A DNA stretch of 63,424 bases, filler included, from Folioceros fuciformis (taxonomy: Eukaryota): assembly GCA_049999805.1 (NCBI GenBank). It is 10 parts of 10 records of this genome, joined end to end, with 100 filler letters (N's around TTAATTAATTAA, not from the genome) between each part and the next. Parts side by side here need not be neighbours in the genome. Positions count along the whole stretch, not along the records: positions 5,194 to 13,437 come from JBNGIO010001907.1; positions 13,538 to 22,412 come from JBNGIO010001908.1; positions 22,513 to 27,021 come from JBNGIO010001909.1; 7 more parts are not named here. The stretch is one strand, 5' to 3'. The first letter of the stretch is position 1; every line of letters starts with the position of its first letter. Of this stretch, positions 10,101 to 22,525 are shown one piece after another. The notes beneath the pieces were generated by a model. That model saw only the letters and a list, made by a program, of their open reading frames with translations. It searched no databases and was not told where the DNA came from. The position numbers and the translations under genes were made by a program.

Positions 10101-12250
10101 CCTCGAAAATGGCACATTTCGGGGGGAGTCGGGAGAGCAGGAATGCAAGACAGAGGAGTTGCAGGACATGCAGGGCACACGTCTCTGTCTTCCTAGCGAG
10201 GCAGAAGGCATGCTGCCCCAGGAGGGTGACCTTGTAGTTAATGGTCAAACCTCTCCTCAGGAAGGAGGATACCAGGACGAGAGAGGTAGCCTGGAGTCAG
10301 GGGGCTCGGTCATGTGTCAAGGGGAAGCAGAAGATGGTCAGTGGCTCCCAAGTCGGCAACAGGAGTCGCAGCTAGGCAATGGCCATGGATCATATAAAGG
10401 TATGGGGCCTAGCGGTACCCATCTCACCCAACCAAGAGACAAGACACTCGAGTTGGTGGATGCTCTTGCAAAGGAGCGGACGGACCTGGAAAAGGACCTC
10501 GAAGTGTTGCAGGAGGCCGGGAAAGGAACTTGGCTCCTAGCCCAGGATTTTTCTTCTGCCTAGATTCTGGCGAATTTACGAACCGGCCTCCCGGGAGTGG
10601 GTTCAGAATGTCTCTCCTCCCCGACTGGGGGGGAAGCAGGAGAGGCACACCTGGAGCCAGATCTGAGGGGCTCCAAATATGAGGAAGGGACTGGAGGACA
10701 GGGGAACTTACCCCTCAAGCGGTGTCATCCAACTCCACATGGAGCACCAGACTGTTATCAAGCCCCGGATTGGCCTAGCGTTAATTCTCCAGAGGTGGGG
10801 GAAGTTCGAAGTGGAGAGCTGTCACCTACTTCTCCCACCGCAATAAATTGGACAGATGAGATTCCGGAGGGGGGGTGGAGGTGTCGGGGCAGTGCTCCAA
10901 CCTCCATGTGTGTCCAAAGGTCTGAAGCAGCCAAGGCAGCCTTCGTCTTCATTTCAGGAGAAGAAGGCTGATGCAGAGCTCGATTTTCCATTGCCAAAGC
11001 AAGTTGGAACTTGTATCGACGTTCCCCCCGCACCATGCCGAGAGGCGAAGCTGGATCCCCCAAGGACAATCTCGAAGGATGTCTGCTCCTTGCTACTGGA
11101 AGCGGGACGGATGGGTGAAAAGGTTTATACGTGGACCGACAAATGCCACAGCAAAATTGAGCATGGAGGCTCTGGCGATGGCGCTGATGCTGGGGTAAAA
11201 GAGATCTGGAATGTAAGGCTCTCGGCAGGCTGGCGTCGGTCAGACCATGGAGAGGTAGGAGAACAGTTGGAGGCCAGTGGTAGGAACGCCAGACGGAGAA
11301 TTCAATCAGCATGCAAAAGGAGGGACCGGAGGTGATGGGAGGGCAGTGCGAAGGCTATAGAACAACTCAGGGCCTGCCTTCTCAGACTTCTTGTGCAGGG
11401 CGGCCTTCTTCGATATGGCATCTGGGGCTTGGATCGGCACTCCCCTCTAACGAGAACGGGGATATTGGAAGGAAGATCTCGACTGTGGTCCATCCTGGAC
11501 TTCAGTCGTCTGGCTCCCAAGTGAAGACAACAATACTTGACGAACTCTCAACACCCGCTCAACAGGCTCCGAGACACAGGGGGGGTCTCGATGTCACTGG
11601 ACCCTCAGAGTCAGTGGTAGACTCAACCCAAACTCCTCCTACCTGGAAAGCTACGACTTCTTTTGCTTCATATGCAGGTGGCCATAGGAGTAATGAGGCA
11701 GTGGTAGGGAAGAGGGGCCCGATTCTCGGAGGACCCTGTTTCAGGGCATAAACGACAGGACCAGATTGCAGCGGCCAAAGCAAGGAAGGCGTTGCACAGA
11801 ATCGTGCAGCGCTTGGCCATGGATATAACCACTCCGGATGAGAAAAAGAGCAAAGTGCTGGACGGGCCTAAAGGTGAGGTTAGGATCATTGGGAGTACCA
11901 ACCCTGGTGAGGTGAATGACTCAGTGGCAGCGGGCGGCCACCTTAGGATTGTAGCGGGTGCAGATCCATGGAGGAGGAAATGGTGCAGCGGGTGTGGAGA
12001 ACTCATTGCTTGACTGTGTCAGCCCCATCATGAGCGAGAATGCGGCTTTTGCTTCCGAGGACAATCTATTTGCCTCCCCCTGTGCTGATGACGGAGAGGA
12101 TAACGAAACAGACTGGCGTGCAAGCCGTATTTTCTGGGGACAAAGAATGTACCCCACCTCTAACCTTCGAAGAGAGGTGTGTGGTCCAGGTCAAGGAGGT
12201 GCTGCAAGTGCTTCCTCATCCGGGGCAGGAGGAAACAAACTCGCTTAATG
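7195..12250 (+). mobile_element. L1-type LINE ORF1 (DUF4283-like + CX2CX4HX4C zinc knuckle) with very long, broken low-complexity tail
   Basis: VVGRL..W..; VRLLGLP..IG..; DYPRLPVRCGICGLANHLKQEC; followed by a series of + strand G/E/S/P-rich ORF pieces; no endonuclease or RT motif seen. Confidence 0.7.
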
Positions 12251-12380
12251 GACAGGAGTCCAGCAAATCAGTTGGTATAGCAAGGAGGAAAAGCAGGCAT
12301 TACCTAGTTAATCTTATGGTTACCTAGTTAATTTTATGGGTACGAGGAAGGTGCAAGACATTAACTTTTACCTAGTTGTG

Positions 12381-13437
12381 TGTGGAGGCAAAACCTTGGG
12401 CACTGATTGCCAACGGGTTCTACTTTTAGTGGCCACATTTATCCTACTATCGTTGAGACATTAGATTTCGTTCTCCTTTCCATGATGGAGCGATGGGGGT
12501 CCTTACTGCTGTGGATGGAGGGTCGGACTTGATTAACTCGGTGATGGATTCGAGGGCTTCCCTCCAGCTCCGATCAGGTGTAGGACAGGCCTCGCTGTCC
12601 GGCGGTCAATTGCACCTCTCTCGGTGCCCACAAACTCACTCTAGTCACCACAATAACCCTAACCTCTTAGATCTGCGACTTCCCTCACTCACTTCACTCA
12701 CTCTCTCACTCCAGCACCAACACCAGCAACTAACAATGACACCACTACCTTCTACACTTCCCTACTGACTCTTCCTACCCGGCAAGAGTCACTAGACTAA
12801 CCCCAAAGAAAAGAAAGAAGGGAACATACTCCCCTCTTGGATATCTCCCCCCTATAACCTTACCAAACGCCATGAGACATGGTCGGCCTGCAGCACTTGT
12901 CCAAGCAAGGAACAAGCGTGGACAGGTCGAGAGAAAGACACATCCTTTATAATCAAGAGCTAGGGGCAAGCCCCTTCACCCTGGTCATTACACCTTGTGA
13001 TCCTACCAGACACTATACAACCGGCAACACGCTGCCCGCGATCCTACCAGACACTGTACAGTCGGCAACACGCTGTCTGTGATCCTACTAGACACTGTAC
13101 AGCCGGCAACACGCGGCTTGCGATCCTACCAGACGTTGCACAGTCGGCAACACACTGCAGGTCCTAAACCAAGCGGGAACAGACCACAAGAGCTCATGAA
13201 GAGAGGACCTCCAAGAGCTCACGAAGAGATAGACTGACTCCCAAAGTGAATAACTCCTTCCTCCTACATGATCACCTGATCTTATAGGAGCCTCTCTCTC
13301 TCTCTGACTTCATCTCTCTCTAACTTGAGAAATATTATTTTAATAGGACCACTAGCCTAGCCGGCTATCACCAGCCACTTATTTAGACTTCTAGCACATC
13401 CTGCCACCAATGAGCTGGCCCTACCACCACAAGGATC
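12381..13437 (-). mobile_element. Long LTR, family X (copy B), cut by contig end
   Basis: Reverse complement of about 27407-28462; contains 4 x 41-bp tandem GATCCTACCAGACAC.. (about 12999-13160). Confidence 0.85.
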
Positions 13438-13949
13438 NNNNNNNNNNNNNNNNNNNNNNNNNNNNNNNNNNNNNNNNNNNNTTAATTAATTAANNNNNNN
13501 NNNNNNNNNNNNNNNNNNNNNNNNNNNNNNNNNNNNNCTAAGGATGACAGCCTGACACTAAAACACTGGTGGTAGGCTACTGCCAGGCTATCTTAGGGCG
13601 TGGGGATGGCGTTGGGGGGGGCGTGGACTGCCCCACTCGAGCATCGAAGGCAAGGGTAGTTCATCCCCTGTACCATGGCAGCCAGTGACCGTAATTAGCA
13701 TACGGCTTGCCATCCGCGGTTAGTGGGTTGGAACTGACTCGCTACAACAGGCGGATGGCTGGATGCTAATTGCGGCGATGGGCGATGATGGATGGTGTGT
13801 GCCATGCTAGGACGCAACGCCCTGGGGTTATCCACTCAAGGGCATCAGTCCAGCAGACCAGTCAAGCAGCTTGGAGGGTGGTCCGCTAAGGACATAAGTG
13901 ACACTTGGCTTTCCATCCATAAGTAGCAACCCTAGTTGCTTGTAGGCCG

Positions 13950-15381
13950 AAGGCCTAGCCTAGGTGTGCTACTCGTGGTGGGAAGCGCAGCGGTGGTTAT
14001 GTTGATAGGATGGCGGATTCCTTATTCAGGAGCGCTTGGTGGGCAGGTTGCAGGAGTCTTGGCCGGCCGTGGCCAGCAGGATGGAGGGAAGGACCTAAAG
14101 ATGGGAGACTTTGGGGAAGAAGGCAGGATAATCAGAGGGAGATGATTTGACCCGGGACGGGAGAGGGATGTTGAGAGGCACCCCTGATCTTTGCTAGATG
14201 TGATGGGCTGATAATTGTGGGCAGCTAACGGTGTGAAGGGGCAATGGGCAATTAGAAGCAGGTGTAGATTAGAGTTAGGATTCTAGGTTAGGTTAGGTCT
14301 AGGTTAGGTTTAGGTCAGACCTAGGTCAGGTTAGGCTTAGATCAGACCTAGGTCAGGATAGGTTAGGCTTAGGTCAGACCTAGGTCAGGATAGGTTAGGT
14401 TTAGGTCAGACCTAGGTTAGGTTAGGTCTGGGTTAGACTTAGGCTAGGTCTAGGTTAGATTTGGGTTAGGTTTAGGTCAGATCCAGGTTAGGTCATACCT
14501 AGGTCAGGTTTAGGTCAGAACTTGGTTAGGTCAGAGAGAGGAGGTAGGGTAATTGATTCAGGTTAACCCTAGTAGACAGAGATAGAGGGTAGGCAGAGAA
14601 GAGGGGAGACCTGCCATTGAGAGGGGGCGGTCTATGGTGAGAGGTCCCCGGATTTTGTGGGTAGAACTCCTGGCTTAGGGCGCTGAGCCGGTTGAGGTCG
14701 ACCCAAAGTCCTGATTCCCCTTGCCACTAGGGGAACGTGAGGATCCCGGGGCTGTCAAGACCCGTGTGGCCGGATCCGCAAGGGCTACATGATTCGCAGG
14801 TTGGCTGAAGTGAAGGAACAGGTTCGTGAGCTGAAGGGCTATCCAGTCCTAGATCCACACTATGCTTGAAGGCTACAAGAAGTGAAGCCATTGTGCCCTA
14901 ATTTCCAGGGGGGAGAGCTGAAGAAAAGGGAGGAAGAGTTGGAGTGGAATGCATAGAAGTGAAGAGTGAGCTCCTGAAGAGTAGGAGTGTGTGTTGAAGT
15001 GGAGGGTGAAGGACTGAAATGAAGAGGAAGGGACTGAAGTAGGAATCTTGGAGGACTGAAGTGAAGAGGAAGGGACTGAAGTGGGAACCTTGAAGAGCTG
15101 AGGTCAAGGAGAAAGTGGCTGAAGTGGGAATCAAGAAGAGCTGGAGGACTGAAGAACAGGAGTGTGAGTTGGGTGAGCTGACTTAGGGGGTAGGCTAGGC
15201 TTCTAGCCCTTTTGCTGTGAGTATATGGACAAACCTATAGATCGGCTGATAGGTAGAAGTGTGATAGGTAGTGTTCCTTGGCACTAGTTCACTCCCTTGG
15301 GAGCGAACCATAGGACTGCAACGACAATAGGGGAATGTGTGGCCCCTTGGGTGGTTCTTGGGTGCAAGAAATCATTCCACA
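13950..15381 (+). mobile_element. Long LTR, family Y (5' limit uncertain), inserted into the PHD-integrase
   Basis: Homologous to the reverse complement of 28463-29810; 3' end CAACGACA..TGTGGCC..GGTGG..CCACA parallels the family X end; integrase codons resume right after CA. Confidence 0.7.
14275..14535 (+). repeat. Degenerate TTAGG/TCAGACCTAGG array inside LTR Y
   Basis: Repeated TAGGT/TTAGG/GGTCAG words; second copy at about 29160-29425 on the opposite strand. Confidence 0.85.
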
Positions 15382-16311
15382 CAAGCCTTCCTACAATGTG
15401 TGCTCAGTAGGTTTGGTGGTTGCGCGAAGTGTCTAAGTTTCGAGGAGAATTCCAGGATCTAATGGATGCAGCCCTTATTGACCACAGGAGAACTAGTTGG
15501 GACCACCTGCAGGCTGATGGTTTAGCTGAGCGCACGGTTCAGACTATGAAGAAGGGGCTTCGCAAGCTGTGTCTCCAACAGCCCAAAATAGATTGGGATC
15601 TCATGCTTCCACATATCGCAATGGGCTACTGCATGAGCAAACATGCTGGTCTTGCCCATTTTTCTCCTTACTTCCTCTTGTTTGGTAGCGAACCGATTCC
15701 ACCAAGTTCTATAGCCAAACAAATGCTAGAAGTTGTCAAGCTGGATGATGCAGCTACATGGGCACGTGTGATAGGGGATAGGGCAGCCTTGTTCAAACAG
15801 GCAATGCCCATGGCAATGGCTAACTTGCACATTGCCCAACATAGGGATACCCTTCGTTATGCACACACTAGGGGAGGTAGTTTTAGGCCCAAGCTCAGGA
15901 AGTTCTAGGTAGGAGACTTTGTTTACCTCCAGAGGTAGACCTCAGATACCCTAGACACTTCTAGCAGTCGGCATATGTTACGGATTCAAGAGGTCAAGCC
16001 TAATGGCATCCTATTATTGCAAGGCTCGGATGGTCGGATCACCACCGACCACGTCAAGAATTGTGCACCCTGCCACTTGCTCAATCTTGACCCTTCTATT
16101 GTCACAGCATATTGGATTCCACCAGTGGACTACCCTTGTCAAGTTTGTCAACGCACAGATGATGTTGCCCTCATGTTACTTTGTGATGGTTGCAATGGGG
16201 GTTTCCACCTTTTTTGCTTACAGCCACCACTTTACCAGTATACCGGAGCAACTTTGGTATTGTCCCAAGTGCCAACCAGATGCAGCAGGTATGACCAGCC
16301 CAAGAGTGTAG
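15382..16311 (+). pseudogene. Ty3/Gypsy integrase C-terminal half with PHD finger
   Basis: AFLQCVLSRFG..DHLQADGLAERTVQT..WD..FSPYFLLFG..F*VGDFVYL; then CQVCQ..MLLCDGCNGGFHLFCL..(frameshift)..WYCPKC (C4HC3). Confidence 0.88.
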
Positions 16312-16509
16312 CTCTTGTCGTGCTCTTCATGCTTTCAGCCCTTCCATCAGCCTTCATTTTTGGTTGTTCACTAGCCGTCTATGAAAGAAAGAGCTATTTG
16401 GTGCATATTGTGGGTGTAAGGGAGATGGTGGTATCCCGCTAGTGACTTACCAACTATGGGCAGCCCAATGAGGGCAGCCCGCTTTTTGCAGCTTTACGAC
16501 ACGGAGTAG

Positions 16510-19500
16510 CTATGGCGTATGTGAGCAACCTAACATCTTGGAAGGCATGGACAATCTTTTTGTTCTCTTTTTCTTAGTGCACAAGACATTAGCCTTGCAG
16601 CTGATGGACTGAACTGAAGTGCTCACAACAGCTGATGTCGGGAGCACGACAGACTTGTCTAGCGTCATAAAGCTACTACAATCTACTAATCCAAGCCCTT
16701 CTCTGTGGAAGTAGTGTTTAAACTTAGGCACATCTGCTGTATTGTCGTCTGTTGGTACATACTGCACCTTTACTATTCCCCTTTCTGCAGCATCACAGAT
16801 ATAGTGATGTTGAATCTCTATGTGTTTCGTGCGTGCATGGAACACGGGGTTAGCAACTAAAGCAATTACTGACATTTTATCACAGTTAAGTATTGTTGGC
16901 CCTTCCTGCATCATACCTAGATCCTCACACAACTTCCTTTCCTATTCAGTCTCTTTCGTGGCTTTAGTGAGAGCCTTGTATTTTGATTTTGTTGATGAAA
17001 GTGATATGGCTGCTTGTTTTCTACAAGACCAATTAACAACAGTGGAGCTAGCAAGAAAGCAAGATGTTGAGATACTTTTTCGGGTGTAAGCGTCTAAAGC
17101 CCAATCTGCATCCATATAACATGTAAGCAGGAGGCGCTTCTTTCCGCTAGGTTTGTAGCATAGGCCATAATTTTGAGTGCCCTTGAGATACCGCATGACG
17201 CGTTTGAGAGCAACCTAGTGATCCCTCCCTGGATTCTTTGAGAACTGAGCAATAGCATTTACGGTGTCTGAGATGTGTAGTCTTGTTTGATTACTCAAGA
17301 ACATGAGAGTTCCAACTCCCATGCGGTAGGGCACAGTCTCCATCTCCTTCGTGTCCTCTTCTGACTAAGGGCATGAAGCAGATGAGAGCTTAACACCTAA
17401 GGCACCTAGAGTGGTTGCCGCTCGTGCGTTCTCCAAGTTGAGGCGTTTTAGCATACCAGCTACATATCGTCCTTGATGAAGATAAATAGCTCCAGTGCTA
17501 TCTCTATGTACATGCATTTCAAGAATATATTTAACTTTGCCGAGATCCTTCATCTCGAATTCTTTGCTCAAATCAGCTTTTATCTTGTTGACCAATTCAA
17601 CATTGTTACTTGGAATGATAAAGTCATCGACACATAGGGCAACAAGTACAAGTGAGCTATCCTGACAAAGTACATAGATGTTAGTATCTGCTTCACTTTG
17701 GATGAACCCCAACTTTTTGAGATACGAATCCATTCTCTCGTACCATAAGCGTGGGCTTTGCTTAAGTCCATATATTGAGCGGAGTAGTTTACACACCTTG
17801 TGAGGGAATTTCTTATCTTCATAATCCTCTGGTTGATCCTGAAGGATTGCTAGAGGAGCATGGTGAAGGAGAGGAGAGAGAGAGGTCACACTCTCTCAAT
17901 AGAGTCTTGATATGCAAGGGAGCTCAAGATGGATATACGGATGCTGATTATGCAGGGGATATGGACAAAAGGAGGTCCACATTAGGTTATGTCTTCATGT
18001 GCAAAGGAGGGGCAGTCTCATGGCGATCTTGTTTGCAATCGTGCATAACGCTATTTACCCTAGACGCCGAGTATGTTGCAGCAACTGAGGCGTGCAAGGA
18101 AGCCCATGTGGGTTGCTTGTTTAGTGGGAGATTTGGGGATCAAGGTTGAGCTTTTAGTGTTGCATTGTGATAGCCAGAGTGCTATTCAATTGGCAAAGAA
18201 TCCATTGTTTCATGCGAAAACTAAACATGTGGAAGTGAAGTATCACTTCATTCGAGAGGTGTTGGAAGGCAAGAGGGTACAACTTGTCAAAGTTCACACC
18301 AGTCAAAACCCTACAGATGTTCTTACCAAGGGGCTCTCTTTGGAGCAATTCGCACAAGCTTGGACACTCATGGGCATGAGGTAGACCACTCTCCTATGAA
18401 GGTAAATTGGCCTTTAAGGGGGAGGTTGTAGGAATATTAAAGCCCAATGTGCTTAGACTAATGTGTTTAGTCTAAGCACATTGGGCTTTAATAACCCTAC
18501 AGATCCATGTAGATCTCCTCTTTAAGATGACCATAAAGAAAGGCCGTACAGACGTCAAGCTGATAAATTTCCAAGTTAAGCTCAGCACATAAAGCTAGAA
18601 GCATTCTTACGGAAACAGCTTTGACGATGGGTGAGTAAACTTTTTCACCTTGGTAATCCACTCCCTCTTTCTGACTATACCCCTTAGCCACCAATCTTGC
18701 CTTGTGGCGGATACAAGGCTCAACTTCCTGGAACTTAGTTTTGAGAACCCACTTGCATTTAACAGTTGTCCTGCCCTTAGGCAGATTGACCAGAGTCCAT
18801 GTGTTGTTTTTAATAAGGGAATTATATTCATCATCAACAGCAAACTTCCACTTAGCTGCATCAGGTAGTGAGTATGCCTCCTGCAGAGTGAGAGGATCTC
18901 CCTTTGAAAGAGCAGCACTAAAAACATCAAAGTGACCTTCAGAATGGGTAGTTTAGCCGGCTTGATTGAACTCCAAGTCAAAGGGTATTTCATTCCATAG
19001 GTGATGTGGTTGTTGCTGACGCAAGGGATACCTACGCTTAGGAACAAGGTCAGGGCTTAGTGGGGAATGTGGAGATACCGGTGTCTCTGATGCTTGATTC
19101 TCAAGAACACCAAAGGAGTCATCCTCATTTTCCAATGGTTCATCCATGGGCAACCCTATGGCTTGTTCATCTTCCCCCTCTCGAGCAGGAACTATGGGAA
19201 TAAGACCGGCTTGAGGTGAAGAAGCCAAAGGCGGAGTAGGAACAGAACCAGAAACAGGAACACCTGGTCAGGAAAAGTGAAGGGTTGAGTATGTAACTCA
19301 AAGTGAATGTCACCAGGCCATCGAGGGGTACGAGAGTCGGAGGTAGAAGCACCATCTGGGGCAGGACCAAGAGTTGAAGAAGCAGGTCCAAGATGTGCTA
19401 GCCGGGACTTATCAAAGGTGACAGTGCGTGCATATGCCGGAGTGTGGGTATTCAAGTCCACTAGCTTGTATGCCTTGCGATCCTCGCCATAGCCACAAAT

Positions 19501-21703
19501 ACCAACTTACAAGCACGAGCAGAGAGCTTGTCTTGAAACTGAGAAGGGATATGGGCATAGGCAGGGCATCCAAAGATACGAAGATGAGAGATAAGGGGTT
19601 TACTCCCATGCCAACACTCATAAGGAGTTTGGCTGGTAATGGACTTGGAAAACACCCTGTTTCTGATATAAGTAGTAGTGTTGACAGCTTCGGCCCAGAT
19701 GGACTTAGACACTTAGGATTGAGCGAGCATGGCTCTCACCATGGCCAAAAGATCACCATTGGCTTTTTCCGCAACTCCATTATGCTAGGAGGTATAGGGA
19801 ACCGTAAATTGACGAAGGATCCCCCTCTCTTGACAAAAGTCCTTAAACCGGTGATTGTTAAGTTCCCCAGCATTGTCAGATCTAATGCACCGCAGCTTAC
19901 AACCAGTTTGCAACTCGGCCATAGTAACAAAGGGAGAAAATACACTGAAGGAGTCACTCTTCAAATGAAGCGGGTAAGCAAAAGTATAACGACTGAAGTC
20001 ATCCACAATAGTCATAAAGTGATTAGCCCCGCCAAGTGAAGGGACAGGGAGTGGCCCACAAAGATCAATGTGGACAAGCTCCAAGGGCTAAGTAGCCCAA
20101 CGTGCAGGAAGATCAGGATACGGTGAACTGCGTTGCTTAGCATAAACACAAGATTCACACAACGGTGGCGTCTTTGTAAAAATAGGCAGCCTATCCCTAA
20201 ACAAGTCCTGCTTAGACATCTCTAAGAGCTTGGAATAATTGATGTGGCCAAGCCTAGAGTGCCAGAGAAAAGCATCACCATGACGTGAGCTCCCCCTGTC
20301 GGTAGTAGCCGAAGCAGCAGCCGCCGGTGGAGCCAACACTGCCAGCATGGGCTTGCCAGTGAAGACATGGCGAGGATGGCCTCGTGCAATAACACGGCCT
20401 GGATGAATAGACCGAGTGAGTAGACAATCATCACGTCCAAAGTCCAGCCTGTAGATGCCATCCTTAACTAAGTGACGAACGGAAATTAAATTCTTGGCCA
20501 TCTGAGGTACATGCAGCACATCAATGAGTAGAAGGGAAGAACCATCTTCCAATTTGAAAGTCACTAAGCCAGTACCTGCTATTTAGAGGCCAGAGTCATC
20601 GCCAAGGAGAACATAGCGATGAAGAGCATTAGCCGCCGAATATGTCGTAAACATGTGTTTGGGGCTGCATATGTGAGCAGAAGTTGCGAAGTCGAGCAGC
20701 CAAGAAGATTTATACTCAGATGCAACCAAACAAATTGTTAAAGCAATCTCGGTCTTGGAATTATGCCTTGCTTTAGTAACAACCGCTGTGTTAGCGGTTT
20801 TGGTGTCCCGCTTGGGCTCACCAGCCTTCTTCTTACAGCATTCCTGCTCCCAGTGTCCTTGGGCTTTGTACCAATTACATGTCCCCTTACGTCTAGGGGT
20901 TGAGGAAGAATTTGATGTAGAAGGCCCAGAGGAGGTGGTACCAGGAGTAGAAGGCCGATGATTGGCATTTGGGTTCCTACGCTTGTTGAATGGTTGTCTA
21001 CCTTTGGTGACAAACATCACCCTATCACCACCATGTTTCGAGGTGCCGACATTGAACCTAAAAGCCTCTTCTTGTAAAAGAGCACCAGCTATCTTGGAGA
21101 TAGAAATTGAAGGTGTCTTATTAGCACGCACAACTTGATGTACAGTGCCATTTTGTGAAGAAACAAAAGATTGCTAGTTGGGAGGCTAGATAGTAGCTGC
21201 ACTGAAGATTCGAACTTTGTTAATGGAGTTCCCAAAGCAGCAAGTTGAGCATGCAGATACCAAAACTTGCTTACATGAGTAGCAACACTGTCAGAAGGTT
21301 GCATTCTTAAAGAATAAAATTCATTGCGAACCGTGACCAATGTCATTACGTTGGTGGATTGGTAAATATCCGTGATTTGCCTCCAAGCTTCTGCTGAGCT
21401 GAGGGCACCACCAGTGTGATGGAGAGTGACTTCGTCCAGGCCAGAAATAAGCATGTGCATAGCTTGTCTGTCTTGCCTCGTCCATGAGTCGAGAGCGGGT
21501 GAAGGTCCATCGGGAGAGAGCCATCAACGATGGCAAGAGATCTCAGTATTTAGAGCAATCTTCATCCACTTAGACCAGACTTCAAACTTGATGCCGTCAA
21601 AATTGTCTTTCTCCTTAAAATCCGTACTCACATTCATAACATTAATGATCGGAGCAGGAGGAGAAGGTGCTAGTGGTGGTGGTGAAGGTGGAGGAGTAGC
21701 CAT
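16510..21703 (-). mobile_element. Near-complete degenerate Ty1/copia polyprotein (gag-PR-INT-RT-RH)
   Basis: ATG 21703; FDGIKFEVW gag; WLLDFATSAHI protease; LWHSRLGH, LVHIDLCGP, IRSDNAGE integrase; YGLKQSPRLW, CVDD RT; DADWA, FHARTKHIEIQHHYI RNaseH; copia domain order. Confidence 0.93.
17840..18501 (+). mobile_element. 662-bp nested copia derivative (RNaseH fragment, PPT, palindromic mini-LTR) with 5-bp TSD
   Basis: TG..CA ends flanked by GATCC at 17835-17839 and 18502-18506; host RT reads EEIYMD|QPEDYE across the insert. Confidence 0.85.
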
Positions 21704-22525
21704 CTTCAGTAAACTTGTGATTATCGACAGAAAGCTGACTTTGTGTTATGACGCAAAACCAAGAATTCGCGTCAATAACCACATATATAAATGTAAATAG
21801 ACATGTACTGCTCACACTCACAACACGGGCTCTTTGGGCCCAAAATCAAGTTCAGTGTTAATGTGATTCACAAAATCAAAAGTGGATTCGATTCAGCGAA
21901 CCATTTTAGCAACAGAAACCAAATTGGTGTTGATTTGTGTGATTGAATGCCAGAGAGCTTGATACTGTTGGGTATGTTGCTCTTGTGTTGTATCTCTTGC
22001 TTGTGCCTTACCAAGTTTATACTCCTTGTAAGCTGTCTCCAGATTCTCGAAAACAGGAGTGAGTTCCTCTTGCTTGATCTCTTATGTCAAACCTGGAAGA
22101 GAATCAACTTATACAAAGACTTGTGGTGGTGGCACACAGCGCATAGCAAGTAGTCTCCGTCGTGGAGGTAAGCTCGGATCACCACTAGAAGCAACGAATT
22201 GTGGTACTGGTGGTACAGGCTCAACACTCGAGGTGAGCTTGTAAGGTGTAACTTCATAAAGCAAAGTGCTTGAACCTGCAACATGGCCGAGAAGTTGAGC
22301 TTGGGGAGAGCCGAGGGGATCCTTTGTGGAGCGAACGGGTACATCCGGCGAGTGAGGAGCCACCAATGGTGAGGGAAAAGGTGCACCCGTTAAGTCTAAT
22401 GGCATATCGTTANNNNNNNNNNNNNNNNNNNNNNNNNNNNNNNNNNNNNNNNNNNNTTAATTAATTAANNNNNNNNNNNNNNNNNNNNNNNNNNNNNNNN
22501 NNNNNNNNNNNNCAAAAAAAATCAC

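Noticed and set aside
12493..13082. 'Conserved' small ORFs duplicated at 27611-28356 and 114-419
   Set aside because: They are translations of LTR X copies
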